Source: an archaeon GW2011_AR10 (GTDB taxonomy: Archaea > Iainarchaeota > Iainarchaeia > Iainarchaeales > GW2011-AR10). Taken from it: a stretch of DNA of 32,000 nucleotides. The notes under the pieces were generated by a model that was not told the origin of the DNA, did not search any database, and worked only from the letters and a program-made list of their open reading frames with translations. Shown here in pieces: positions 6,154 through 14,625 of this stretch. The stretch is from contig CP010424.1 of NCBI GenBank assembly GCA_000830275.1, positions 600,001-632,000 on the forward strand. Direction: 5' to 3'. Position 1 is the stretch's first letter; every line of letters begins with the position of its first letter. The position numbers and the translations under genes are program-made.

Positions 6154-6513
6154 TTAGAACAGTATCCAGTTAGCTGCTTCTGAAAAGAATGCTCCAACAG
6201 TGTACACCGCAGATATTCTGACTATGATTGAGACAAAAAGGAAGAAAGCCACCTTGTCGTAAGGAAGATTGTAAAGGTAGCGGATCCAGAAAAAGTATGC
6301 AACCAGCACAAGAACCCAAGAGAACAGGAATTCTTCCGCAAACAAATAATTGCGCAGAAAAATGAATGAAAGCGTTCCAACAACAAACAGGAAAGCGTTC
6401 AGCAGAGTTGCTCTCTTCAAGGAAAGTGCACGCGACACTGTGTAAAAAAGCGCGGTTCCGAAAGCAATGTTCACAGCAATTGGAACAAGGTAATAGTTTG
6501 CCATCAAAAGCAA
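6154..6513 (-). CDS. Hypothetical integral membrane protein (about 4 TM)
   Basis: 119-aa hydrophobic ORF with an ATG start, convergent with the DUF192 gene. Confidence 0.5.
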   Translation of the reverse strand: MLLMANYYLVPIAVNIAFGTALFYTVSRALSLKRATLLNAFLFVVGTLSFIFLRNYLFAEEFLFSWVLVLVAYFFWIRYLYNLPYDKVAFFLFVSIIVRISAVYTVGAFFSEAANWILF

Positions 6514-6559
6514 TTATGTTGGGAAAACCTTAAATAGATTAAAACTCATTTATTGAATT

Positions 6560-7375
6560 GTGATGGCCGGAAAACCCCTAGTACAAAAAAGGAAAAATCG
6601 CAGAGCTAGTAGGTATGATAGGGAAGAAATTGAGAGAAGAAAAAAATTTAAAAAAATGGAAATAGCAGAACAAAAGAGAAGAAAGGCAAGGCATAGAGAG
6701 AGGAGAGGGGAGCGTTTTTACGATAAAACAACTTTTGTAGGCTTGGATTTTTATAAAAAATTTTTTTCTTTCAGTGATGAAGAAATTGCCGGGAAAAAAA
6801 TCTTGGATGCTGGTGCAGGAACCGGCCAGTTCGCGGTAGACGCTGAAGGGGTTGGAGCAAGAGTTGTTTCATTGTCTCCTGCATACAAAAGCACCAGATA
6901 CGGGAAAATGCTGCGCGGAAAATATGCTACAACTGCCGGCATAGTAGAAAAATTGCCTTACAGGAATGAATCTTTTGATATTGCTTTTGCAAGAAGACTG
7001 ATTCCTACTTTGGTGAAAGGAATCGATAGGTACAGAGGGATTAAGGAATTGTTAAGGGTTGTAAAAAAAGGCGGCTGGATTGGGATAGGCCCTTTTGTCG
7101 GGCCAAGATCAGTACAAGATTATCGCATTCTGAGGATTAAAGATTTTTTTAGGAACACTGGATTCCGATTTACTGTGAACAATGTGGTTGTGCCTACACC
7201 TACATACATGGAAGGAGGCAGTAGAGGAAAAGAAGAAATAGACCGTAGAGGAAAAAAACAAAGGCAAACTTACCTTATAATTCAAAATACTGGGAATATT
7301 GCGAGATTAGAGGAAAAAATAGCAGAGCCTGAGAAAAGAAAAAGTGTTAGAATGCAAAACCCGTTCAACAACTGA
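6560..7375 (+). CDS. Class I SAM-dependent methyltransferase with a Lys/Arg/Glu-rich N-terminal extension
   Basis: ILDAGAGTGQFAV is SAM motif I, and a VKKGGWIGI post-II-like motif follows. The start is GTG 6560 or ATG 6563. Confidence 0.7.
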   Translation: MMAGKPLVQKRKNRRASRYDREEIERRKKFKKMEIAEQKRRKARHRERRGERFYDKTTFVGLDFYKKFFSFSDEEIAGKKILDAGAGTGQFAVDAEGVGARVVSLSPAYKSTRYGKMLRGKYATTAGIVEKLPYRNESFDIAFARRLIPTLVKGIDRYRGIKELLRVVKKGGWIGIGPFVGPRSVQDYRILRIKDFFRNTGFRFTVNNVVVPTPTYMEGGSRGKEEIDRRGKKQRQTYLIIQNTGNIARLEEKIAEPEKRKSVRMQNPFNN

Positions 7376-7379
7376 AAAA

Positions 7380-7420
7380 GAGGAAAGTTAAGGAGAGAAA
7401 CAGATGCTTTAACTTTCCTC
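7380..7420 (+). terminator. Perfect 12-bp stem / 17-nt loop hairpin followed by a T-rich tract, 5 nt after the methyltransferase stop
   Basis: gaggaaagttaa (7380-7391) is the exact reverse complement of ttaactttcctc (7409-7420). It is followed by ctttgccttttcc. Confidence 0.4.
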
Positions 7421-7643
7421 CTTTGCCTTTTCCGTCTTCACAAAGAAATCGGGGTGATAAATTACCCGCACTTAATTATAACCACATACTAATATATAAA
7501 AATTGATGATTCGGAAAGTAAACTTTTTAGTGCAGAAAAATTGTGTTTTTGATTCACCTGTTAGTGTATTTATTTTTAACTGGATGTAAATCTATTAAAG
7601 GCTTTAGTGGAGGGGAGATTCCGTGGATTTCAGCAATTACCTC

Positions 7644-7799
7644 ATGAAAAACAGGAGAGCGTCTTCTAGGACGCCGGATGACGATAAGTTCTGCCTAGAG
7701 TGCGGGATAAAAATTGTTAAAGAGAGAACCGATCCACACCTTTACCGCCAAAAGTTTTGCTCTGAGCACTGCAAGGAAAGGTATGTTAGCATAATCTAG
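7644..7799 (+). CDS. Zn-ribbon miniprotein (DUF2116-like), absent from the ORF track because it is under 60 aa
   Basis: MKNRRASSRTPDDDKFCLECGIKIVKERTDPHLYRQKFCSEHCKERYVSII carries CxxC...FCSxxC. An in-frame GTG at 7623 with ggagg about 10 nt upstream is an alternative start. Stop TAG at 7797-7799. Confidence 0.55.
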   Translation: MKNRRASSRTPDDDKFCLECGIKIVKERTDPHLYRQKFCSEHCKERYVSII

Positions 7800-7836
7800 G
7801 CCCAGCCTTAGACAAAATATTTTTTTAGTGAAAGGA

Positions 7837-8796
7837 ATGAAAAAAATTCTTATAACCGGCATCAATGGGTTTGCCGGCTCGCACTTGGCAGATTACGTGC
7901 TTGAAAACGGCTTGGCGGAAGTGCACGGCACTTACCGTGGAAAAAGCACTGATTTTAGCAACATTTCCGGCATAAGGGACAAGGTAACGCTGCATGAGTG
8001 CGATTTGACAGATTATTATAGCGTGTCCAAAGCGGTTAAGGACGTTGAACCTGATTTTGTTTCGCACTTGGCAGCGCAAAGCTTTGTTCCAACCTCTTGG
8101 AGGGCACCACAGGAAACCCTTAACACTAATGTCATTGGATCGCTTAACCTGTTTGAGGCAATAAGGCTTGCAGGCCTTAACCCTGTGATTCAGATTGCTT
8201 GCAGTTCGGAAGAGTATGGTTTGGTTTTGGAGGGTGAGCTTCCGATTCGCGAGGAAAACCCTTTGAGGCCCTTGAGCCCTTATGGGGTGAGCAAGGTTTC
8301 AATGGATTTGCTGGGCTACCAGTACTTTAAAAGCTACGGAATGAAGATTGTCAGGACACGGGCATTCAATCACACTGGGCCAAGGCGTGGCTCTGTCTTT
8401 GTTTCCAGTGACTGGACAAAGCAGGTGGCGGAAATTGAGGCTGGAAAAAAACAGCCAGTAATAGAGGTAGGGAACCTTGAAAGCAGCAGGGACTTCACTG
8501 ATGTGAGGGATGTGGTAAAGGCTTACTGGCTTGCACTGCAGAAAGCAGAGCATGGCGAGGTTTACAACATTTGCAGCGAAAAAGCATTCAAGATGAGGGA
8601 TGTTCTCAACAAAATCCTTTCCTTCACTGGAAAGAAAATAAAGGTAATGCAGGATCCGAAAAGAATGAGGCCAAGCGATGTGGAAGTGCTTCTAGGTAAC
8701 TGCTCCAAGTTTAGGGAGAAAACCGGCTGGAAGCCAAAAATACCTTTTGACAAAACACTGAAAGATTTGTTTGAGTACTGGAGAGAAAGGGTTTAA
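7837..8796 (+). CDS. Extended-SDR NAD-dependent sugar-nucleotide epimerase/dehydratase/reductase (GDP-4-keto-6-deoxymannose reductase Rmd / Gmd-like)
   Basis: ITGINGFAGSHL is a Rossmann GxxGxxG motif and SPYGVSK is YxxxK. FNHTGPRRGSVFVSSDW...VGNLESSRDFTDVRDVV resembles Rmd-type enzymes. Confidence 0.75.
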   Translation: MKKILITGINGFAGSHLADYVLENGLAEVHGTYRGKSTDFSNISGIRDKVTLHECDLTDYYSVSKAVKDVEPDFVSHLAAQSFVPTSWRAPQETLNTNVIGSLNLFEAIRLAGLNPVIQIACSSEEYGLVLEGELPIREENPLRPLSPYGVSKVSMDLLGYQYFKSYGMKIVRTRAFNHTGPRRGSVFVSSDWTKQVAEIEAGKKQPVIEVGNLESSRDFTDVRDVVKAYWLALQKAEHGEVYNICSEKAFKMRDVLNKILSFTGKKIKVMQDPKRMRPSDVEVLLGNCSKFREKTGWKPKIPFDKTLKDLFEYWRERV

Positions 8797-8805
8797 GCTG
8801 TTGTG

Positions 8806-9264
8806 TCAATCTTCAAAAATCCAGTAGTGGACTTGATAGTTTTTGTTGCCAAAGCTTGCCTGCGTTGTCAGTTTAATGGGATAGTTTCCCTTGAAGTCAC
8901 CCAAGTAAAAGCCCTTGTCTTTTTCAATTGTTTCACCTGCCCTCACAAGTATTCCTTCCTGCTCTAATAGTTGATCGTTGGCGTAGTAGCCTACAAGGTA
9001 GTTTGCGTCTGTTCCTTCAAGGTTCTGGATGCCGAAAACAAAGAATGCTTTTCCTGCCACCAGCTTGTTCTCGTAGCTTTGAGGCTGAAGATACAAGACC
9101 GTGAAAGAGGTCGGAATTCTTGGCACTGCGAACAGGAAAAGCGAGTAAATGACTGCAACAGCAAGGAGGATTCTAAGAAAGCCTTCAAGTTCCTCGTTCG
9201 AGAAATCGTTTCTCTTAATTCTGCTGAATAGCGTTTTCACTGAAAACTTTTTTCTTTCAGACAA
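8806..9264 (-). CDS. Single-TM protein with a beta-rich ectodomain (resembles the soluble part of DUF1616-type archaeal proteins)
   Basis: 152 aa with a TTG start that overlaps the stop of the upstream membrane ORF by 8 nt. One TM segment, FLRILLAVAVIYSLFLFAV, is followed by FTVLYLQP...VFGIQNLEGTDANYLVGYY. Confidence 0.45.
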   Translation of the reverse strand: MSERKKFSVKTLFSRIKRNDFSNEELEGFLRILLAVAVIYSLFLFAVPRIPTSFTVLYLQPQSYENKLVAGKAFFVFGIQNLEGTDANYLVGYYANDQLLEQEGILVRAGETIEKDKGFYLGDFKGNYPIKLTTQASFGNKNYQVHYWIFED

Positions 9265-10156
9265 ATTTCTTCACCAAATGAGAAGCTAATGGAACTGCTC
9301 TTGCAATGATTGTAAAAAGTGCGTAAATCGTTAAATTAAGCGCAGTTAGGAGCAGCATTACTAGGAAGAGGTGGGTTTTGAAGGCAAGGTGCCACTCAAA
9401 GGCGCTTCCGGCAATGCCCACTGCAACAAATGCAGTGGTAAACAATGAAACAGAAATGAGTGCAACGTAACCCGAGAGCTTTCCAATGTCAGCTTTTTCC
9501 TTCCCATGCATTAATGTTGACAGCACTAGCTGGCCTGAGGGAAAGAACGCGAACAAGGCTGCTGTTGGGTAGAACAGCTGCGCTGAAAGCTCGTTGAATG
9601 CCTGGCCGGATACGGTAACCAAATCTGTTAAAATCACGGATAACCCTGCAAGGGTTGAGAAAAACGCGATGTCAGCAAGGCCGTGAATGGTTTTTCCTGA
9701 AAGAGCTCTTTTTGCCTGAATGTATCGCACAGCAGCCAATTCAAGGTAGGGCCAGAAAAATTCCTTGCCTATGAACAGGGCGTAGAAAACCATATTCATA
9801 ACAACAAGGATTATCAGGCTGTTCCTAAAATTTATCGGGAAAGCAAATAACATGTTTGCAAACAGTATTGCAATTACGTTTAATGAAATCGACAGAGCAA
9901 TTGACAGTCCAAATCTTTCAAGCAGTGACAACTTTTCCTTAGGGAAAAGAAATGAGAGCAGAAGATAGCCTGTGGGAAAAAGCAAGAGGTAAATGGCAAG
10001 AAACGGCCTGATAGCAGAGGCTATTCCTGAGAATGGAAAGTTTGCTGGCGCCACTTCATTGAATGACAGGACAAACCCGAAGAGTAGAAGCGAAGAAAAC
10101 ACAATCGTAGGAAACGCAACGTTAACCAGCGACTTTGTAGATGTAAGTGCTTCCAT
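9257..10156 (-). CDS. Polytopic membrane protein, DUF1616-like
   Basis: The likely start is ATG 10156 (MEALTSTK...). The longer track ORF would overlap the upstream gene by about 100 nt. The motif LLLFPTGYLLLSFLFPKEKLSLLERFGLSIALSISL resembles the DUF1616 N-terminal signature. Confidence 0.5.
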   Translation of the reverse strand: MEALTSTKSLVNVAFPTIVFSSLLLFGFVLSFNEVAPANFPFSGIASAIRPFLAIYLLLFPTGYLLLSFLFPKEKLSLLERFGLSIALSISLNVIAILFANMLFAFPINFRNSLIILVVMNMVFYALFIGKEFFWPYLELAAVRYIQAKRALSGKTIHGLADIAFFSTLAGLSVILTDLVTVSGQAFNELSAQLFYPTAALFAFFPSGQLVLSTLMHGKEKADIGKLSGYVALISVSLFTTAFVAVGIAGSAFEWHLAFKTHLFLVMLLLTALNLTIYALFTIIARAVPLASHLVKKFV

Positions 10157-11708
10157 TTGAAAACACCTCCTGCAGGAAACTGCAGTAAATTGGCCCAAAG
10201 TTGCTGTAAACGTATGTAGCACCACGAGTCATCCTTATTCTTTCCTCACAAGGGTATGAGAAGAACTCGAATATTTCCTGGTAAGCTCTTGCACCCTGAA
10301 GCCTTGCGGGATTAGCGTAAAGAATCCTGTTTCCAGCGATAACATGAATTGCCCTTGAACTCCAAGGGTGAGCCAGAACAATTTCTTCATTGTTGGTGTT
10401 GTATTTAAGCCAAAGGAAAGCAGGCATTTCGTATGCTTCGGTTATCCTGTAAAGGTAGGGCTGGTGGGTGAAAACAACTAAAGTTAGGGTATTGATGAGG
10501 AACAGCAGAATAACTGCCAGCACTGCAGCCTTTGATAAAAACCCAGTTATAATGTTTTCAAGCCTGATTTTCCTGAACACATTTTCTAAAACGCGGTGGG
10601 AAAAGGAGTAGATTACGTAAAGGCCAACTCCTGAAAGCATTGCAATTGAGGTTGCCGCAAACATGAAAACCCTCCTGTATTCAGCGAGAAAGCTTTGCCC
10701 TTCAGTGAAGCCAAAGTACACTATCGGCAAAAGCGAGGCAATGAACAATGGCATGATTTTTGACTGCCTGTTCCCAAGGTTAAGGAGGTAAGCTAAGCCC
10801 AGCACTCCAAGCCAGAACATGGGCTCTGAAAGAAACCTGGGAATGTAGTAGAAAGCCTGAACTTCGTAAAGGCTTGTGGGAAAAGAAAGTGTTTCAATCA
10901 CTTTCTCAATTAGGTCCTCTGTGCCGTATGGCTTGTACTGGTAAACCATGTAGCCGACCATTAAGAACATCAGCGCAATCAGCATTACAATGGTAACGCC
11001 GATTTTAAGCTTGTTTGAAAAAAGCAGCCTGGGGTTGAGAAGAAAATAAAGGAAAAAAGAAGGCAGAAAAATTATTGCTGTTGCAGGGTGCGTTAGGGTA
11101 AGCATTGCATAAACTATTAGGAAAAACAGAAAGTACTGGTTTGAAGGAATGCTTTTGTCGTCAGTGAATGTTTTGACAAACAAAAGCAGCACAAGCGGCA
11201 TGAACGCAAGGCCAAAAGCCATTGGAACTGCAAACCAGTAGCCGAGAAGCGTAACATTTGGCCTTGTTATTACAACGGTAATTGCTGAAAGGAATGCTGC
11301 AACAGAGTTGCCTGTTAAATGCTTTATTAGGAGGAAAGTGAAGAGAATCATCAGAAAAGTCATCAGCACTGGAACAAACAGGGCAGTGTAAACTGCTCCA
11401 AGGTCAATTTCATCCCAATTGGTGAAATTCATTATTGTTGCCAGAAACAAGTGATAGTTTTGCTCTGCTTGTGGGTCAAAGCCCCAACCACGAAACGGGT
11501 TATAGCTGACCAACCCATCAATCCTGTTTATCTCGTTTGCTATTGCAAAGGCATCCCATTCATCTGCATGGTATGGGAAAGGGTATTCCAAGTGGATTGA
11601 GTAGGTAACGTAAAGCGCTAGGTAAACAAAAAACAGCACCAGGAAAACGCTTTTGCCGGCTGAAACAACCCTTTTAATCAAGGGGACTTCTTCTAGTTCC
11701 TCTAGCAT
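10122..11708 (-). CDS. Large polytopic membrane protein, GT-C-fold glycosyltransferase candidate with a C-terminal soluble domain
   Basis: About 528 aa and 12 or more TM segments. An acidic first loop (HADEWDAF) is as in the PMT/ArnT/STT3 superfamilies, but there is no WWDYG motif. ATG 11708 is preferred over TTG 11735. Confidence 0.4.
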   Translation of the reverse strand: MLEELEEVPLIKRVVSAGKSVFLVLFFVYLALYVTYSIHLEYPFPYHADEWDAFAIANEINRIDGLVSYNPFRGWGFDPQAEQNYHLFLATIMNFTNWDEIDLGAVYTALFVPVLMTFLMILFTFLLIKHLTGNSVAAFLSAITVVITRPNVTLLGYWFAVPMAFGLAFMPLVLLLFVKTFTDDKSIPSNQYFLFFLIVYAMLTLTHPATAIIFLPSFFLYFLLNPRLLFSNKLKIGVTIVMLIALMFLMVGYMVYQYKPYGTEDLIEKVIETLSFPTSLYEVQAFYYIPRFLSEPMFWLGVLGLAYLLNLGNRQSKIMPLFIASLLPIVYFGFTEGQSFLAEYRRVFMFAATSIAMLSGVGLYVIYSFSHRVLENVFRKIRLENIITGFLSKAAVLAVILLFLINTLTLVVFTHQPYLYRITEAYEMPAFLWLKYNTNNEEIVLAHPWSSRAIHVIAGNRILYANPARLQGARAYQEIFEFFSYPCEERIRMTRGATYVYSNFGPIYCSFLQEVFSNGSTYIYKVAG

Positions 11709-11887
11709 AGCAGAACACCTATTAAATTTTAACAAACAGTATATTAAGGAAATTAAAGTATTTTATAGCAAAATGCTTATGTATGTAATCAAAAATTGCA
11801 TTTTGCAACCAGCAACCAGCAAATTAAATGTTAAAAAATCAAAGCTGTTTGCAATAGTTTAGTGTTTTGTGTTTTGCCGGTGGTGCC

Positions 11888-13435
11888 ATGAAATCCTTGA
11901 CTGTTTTCATTCCTGCCCTGAACGAGGAAAAACACATAGGGAACGTAATCAAAGAAATTCCTGTGAGAGAAATCCGGAAAAAGGGATTCAAGGTTGAAAT
12001 ACTGGTTGTCAACGGCCCATCAACTGACAGAACTGAGGAAATTGCCAGGAAAAATGGCGCCACTGTTATTCCCACGCAGAAAGGCAAAGGGAATTCGGTA
12101 AGGGACGCATTCAAATACATTCAAAGCGATTACACGATAATGCTTGACGCTGATGAAACCTATCCTGCAAAGTACATACTCCAGATACTGGATGAATTGG
12201 ATGCAGGAAGCGATGTTGTCATGGGAAGCAGGCTGATAGGCAAAATAGAGCAGGGAGCAATGAGCAAGCTCAACTATGTCGGGAACCTCCTGCTAACAAG
12301 CCTTGCGAACTTTTTGTTTGGCACGTACATTACTGACTTGTGCACTGGCTACTGGGGGTTCAGAAAAAAAGTGATTAAGAGCATTTACCTTTACGCGAAA
12401 GGGTTTGACATTGAGGCAAATATTTTCAGCGAGGTAACAAAAAGGAATTTCAGGTTCAGCGAGATAGGCATTTCTTACAGGCAGAGGCGGGACAAGGCAA
12501 AGCTCAAATGGTTTAGGGATGGCCTTGCAATTGGCTGGCGGCTTTTCGACCTGAAATGGCTTGGCAACAAGAAGCTTTTAGGAGATTCCGCCTTGGCTGT
12601 TTTGTCTCTTGTGCTTTTCAACGTGTTTTTTCACAGTCTCTTCTTTGCAGTTGAAAACAACTTGCAGCGCTCATTTGAACTGTTTGGCGTTGAGCTGATG
12701 CCAATACTGCTGTCAACTGCATTTATTGTGGTTACGTTTGCCTTCATGATGTATGCGACGAGGGGAAGCATTGCTGCTTCAGCAATGGCAGGCTTTGCCC
12801 TGATTCTTTCAACTGATTTTCTGTTCAGCCTTGTCTTCGTTGAAAGAGAAGTTCTCCTAAGCCTTTTGCTGTTCATTGTGACTACTTTCGGAATACTGCT
12901 CACTTTTGGGAAGGAGAATGTGCACCGGCACATCTTTACCCTGATTCCTTTTGCCGCGCTTTTCTTTTTCAACCAGTCGATGTTTTTGATTCTTCTTTTC
13001 GTTTACCTCGCTTATTTCATTTCAGAGTACAGGAGCATTGCTTCAAAGCAGATTGTTTGGCTTTGGATTATCGGGAGTTTCCTGCTTCTGTTGCTGACAA
13101 CAAATCTTTTCACCGGCAGAGTGGCGCTGGTTCACCTCCTCTACTACATTTCAGTTTCCCATTTTGCAGTATCTATATTTGGCTTGTATCACTCGGCGTT
13201 CCACAAAAGGGAGAAAATACTGGTGGTTCTTTTCACGCTTTTGATTTTCCTGGCATACAATGTTTTCTCTGTGCAGAGCTTCCTGAACATTTCAAGCAAA
13301 ATCATAATTTTTATGCTTGTTTACAGCACAATTCTTCTCACAGGAATAGGCGCGGAACGGATAATCTACTATCTTTTCTTTTCAAAGAAGCCTGTCAAGG
13401 AAATTTCCACATCACTGGGAATATATAGCAAATGA
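11888..13435 (+). CDS. GT2 glycosyltransferase (Dol-P-hexose synthase-like) fused to a C-terminal multi-TM domain (AglD-like architecture)
   Basis: LTVFIPALNEEKHI and MLDADETYP (DxD) occupy the N-terminal roughly 230 aa. About 8 TM segments follow. ATG 11888 is preferred over TTG 11867. Confidence 0.7.
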   Translation: MKSLTVFIPALNEEKHIGNVIKEIPVREIRKKGFKVEILVVNGPSTDRTEEIARKNGATVIPTQKGKGNSVRDAFKYIQSDYTIMLDADETYPAKYILQILDELDAGSDVVMGSRLIGKIEQGAMSKLNYVGNLLLTSLANFLFGTYITDLCTGYWGFRKKVIKSIYLYAKGFDIEANIFSEVTKRNFRFSEIGISYRQRRDKAKLKWFRDGLAIGWRLFDLKWLGNKKLLGDSALAVLSLVLFNVFFHSLFFAVENNLQRSFELFGVELMPILLSTAFIVVTFAFMMYATRGSIAASAMAGFALILSTDFLFSLVFVEREVLLSLLLFIVTTFGILLTFGKENVHRHIFTLIPFAALFFFNQSMFLILLFVYLAYFISEYRSIASKQIVWLWIIGSFLLLLLTTNLFTGRVALVHLLYYISVSHFAVSIFGLYHSAFHKREKILVVLFTLLIFLAYNVFSVQSFLNISSKIIIFMLVYSTILLTGIGAERIIYYLFFSKKPVKEISTSLGIYSK

Positions 13436-13513
13436 CAAAAATATTTGAACAAAACAAGGTCATTTGCTATCTATCAGGAGACAATAAATGTGTCAAGAAC
13501 CACCGACTAAAGT

Positions 13514-13565
13514 CAAAACTTTGGCAAAAAAAACTATTGGATTTTATTCACTTGCCAAAGTTTTG
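13514..13565. repeat. Perfect 14-bp inverted repeat (caaaactttggcaa / ttgccaaagttttg) with a 24-nt spacer, in a 280-bp intergenic gap
   Basis: 13514-13527 is the exact reverse complement of 13552-13565. A second hairpin, ccactcat-taaa-atgagtgg, sits at 13629-13648. Confidence 0.8.
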
Positions 13566-13716
13566 GGTGGCATGTTTAGAAAATTCCAAAACAAGCACAT
13601 GGTTCTTGACAGTAGCAATTCCAATGAACCACTCATTAAAATGAGTGGAATTGCATGATTCAAAAATTAATGTCACCTGCTATGGAATAAAAAGTCTTCC
13701 ACGGTTAAAGACTTTT

Positions 13717-14625
13717 ATGGCGGTGCCACTGGCTTCAGTGCTTATTCCAACGCGAAACGCTGGAAAAGAGTTTGAAAAAGTTTTAAGCAATGTTTTCGCA
13801 CAGAAAAAAGCAGCATTTGAGGTGCTTATAGCTGACACTGAATCCGTGGATGAAACGCTGGAAATTGCTTCAAGGTTCAAGGTTAAAGTCAAGAAAATCA
13901 GGCAGGCCGAGTTCGGGCACGGGAGGACAAGGAACATGCTTGCCTCAATGGCGAAAGGAGACTTCCTTGTTTTTTTGACACAGGACTCAATTCCAAGGCA
14001 GAATCTTTGGCTTTACAGCTTGATTAAAAACTTTGAGGACAAAAAAGTTGCAGGGGTTTATGGCAGGCAGGTTACAAAGGAAAATGCTTTCCCAATGGAG
14101 GAATTTTTTTACATGAAAAAATACGGTGGCAAACGGGTTTTATGGGATAGGAACAGCTGGAGGGAAAAAGATGTTGTGTTTTCAAGCGCCAACTGCGCGA
14201 TTAGAAAAAAAGTATTTCAGGAAAGGCAGTTTAACCCTGAACTCATTGTTTCAGAGGACTATGAATGGGCGTACAATGTGATGAACAGGGGCTATTCAAT
14301 TGTTTATGAGCCGAAAGCCGAAACATTGCACTCGCACAACTATGGCTTGGCGGAAAACTTCCGGAAGCACTTTGACATAGGGTACTCTTACTCGCAGATC
14401 TATTCAAGGTATGACTCGCTTGGTTTTGCTTTTGCCGGAGTGAAATTTTTTTTTGAAGAACAGGCTTTTTTGGCGCGCAGCAGAAAACTTCTGTGGATGC
14501 CTTACGCCGCAGCATACCTTTTGACAAAGTTTCTGGGGGTAAGCCTTGGAAGAATAGCCAAGTTTTTTCCGAAGCGCTTTTGCATGATATTCAGTGGCCA
14601 AAAATATTACTGGAGCAGAAAATGA
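13717..14625 (+). CDS. GT2 family glycosyltransferase (rhamnosyltransferase-like)
   Basis: ASVLIPTRNAGKEFEKVL...VLIADTESVDET...GDFLVFLTQDSIP is typical of GT2. The ATG at 13717 immediately precedes the domain. The track ORF starts at GTG 13645. Confidence 0.75.
   Translation: MAVPLASVLIPTRNAGKEFEKVLSNVFAQKKAAFEVLIADTESVDETLEIASRFKVKVKKIRQAEFGHGRTRNMLASMAKGDFLVFLTQDSIPRQNLWLYSLIKNFEDKKVAGVYGRQVTKENAFPMEEFFYMKKYGGKRVLWDRNSWREKDVVFSSANCAIRKKVFQERQFNPELIVSEDYEWAYNVMNRGYSIVYEPKAETLHSHNYGLAENFRKHFDIGYSYSQIYSRYDSLGFAFAGVKFFFEEQAFLARSRKLLWMPYAAAYLLTKFLGVSLGRIAKFFPKRFCMIFSGQKYYWSRK

Noticed and set aside
7495-7575. Possible C/D-box sRNA (TGATGA at about 7504)
   Set aside because: There is no D box (CUGA) at a suitable distance and no terminal stem. 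A single C-box-like hexamer is expected by chance in AT-rich spacer.
13432-13644. 70-aa ORF in the same frame as the following GT2 gene, separated by one TGA (possible readthrough or recoding)
   Set aside because: TGA clearly acts as a stop in many ATGA/GTGA gene junctions in this window. The GT2 domain begins right after ATG 13717. The ORF crosses strong hairpins and looks non-protein-like. A shared frame has a 1-in-3 chance expectation.
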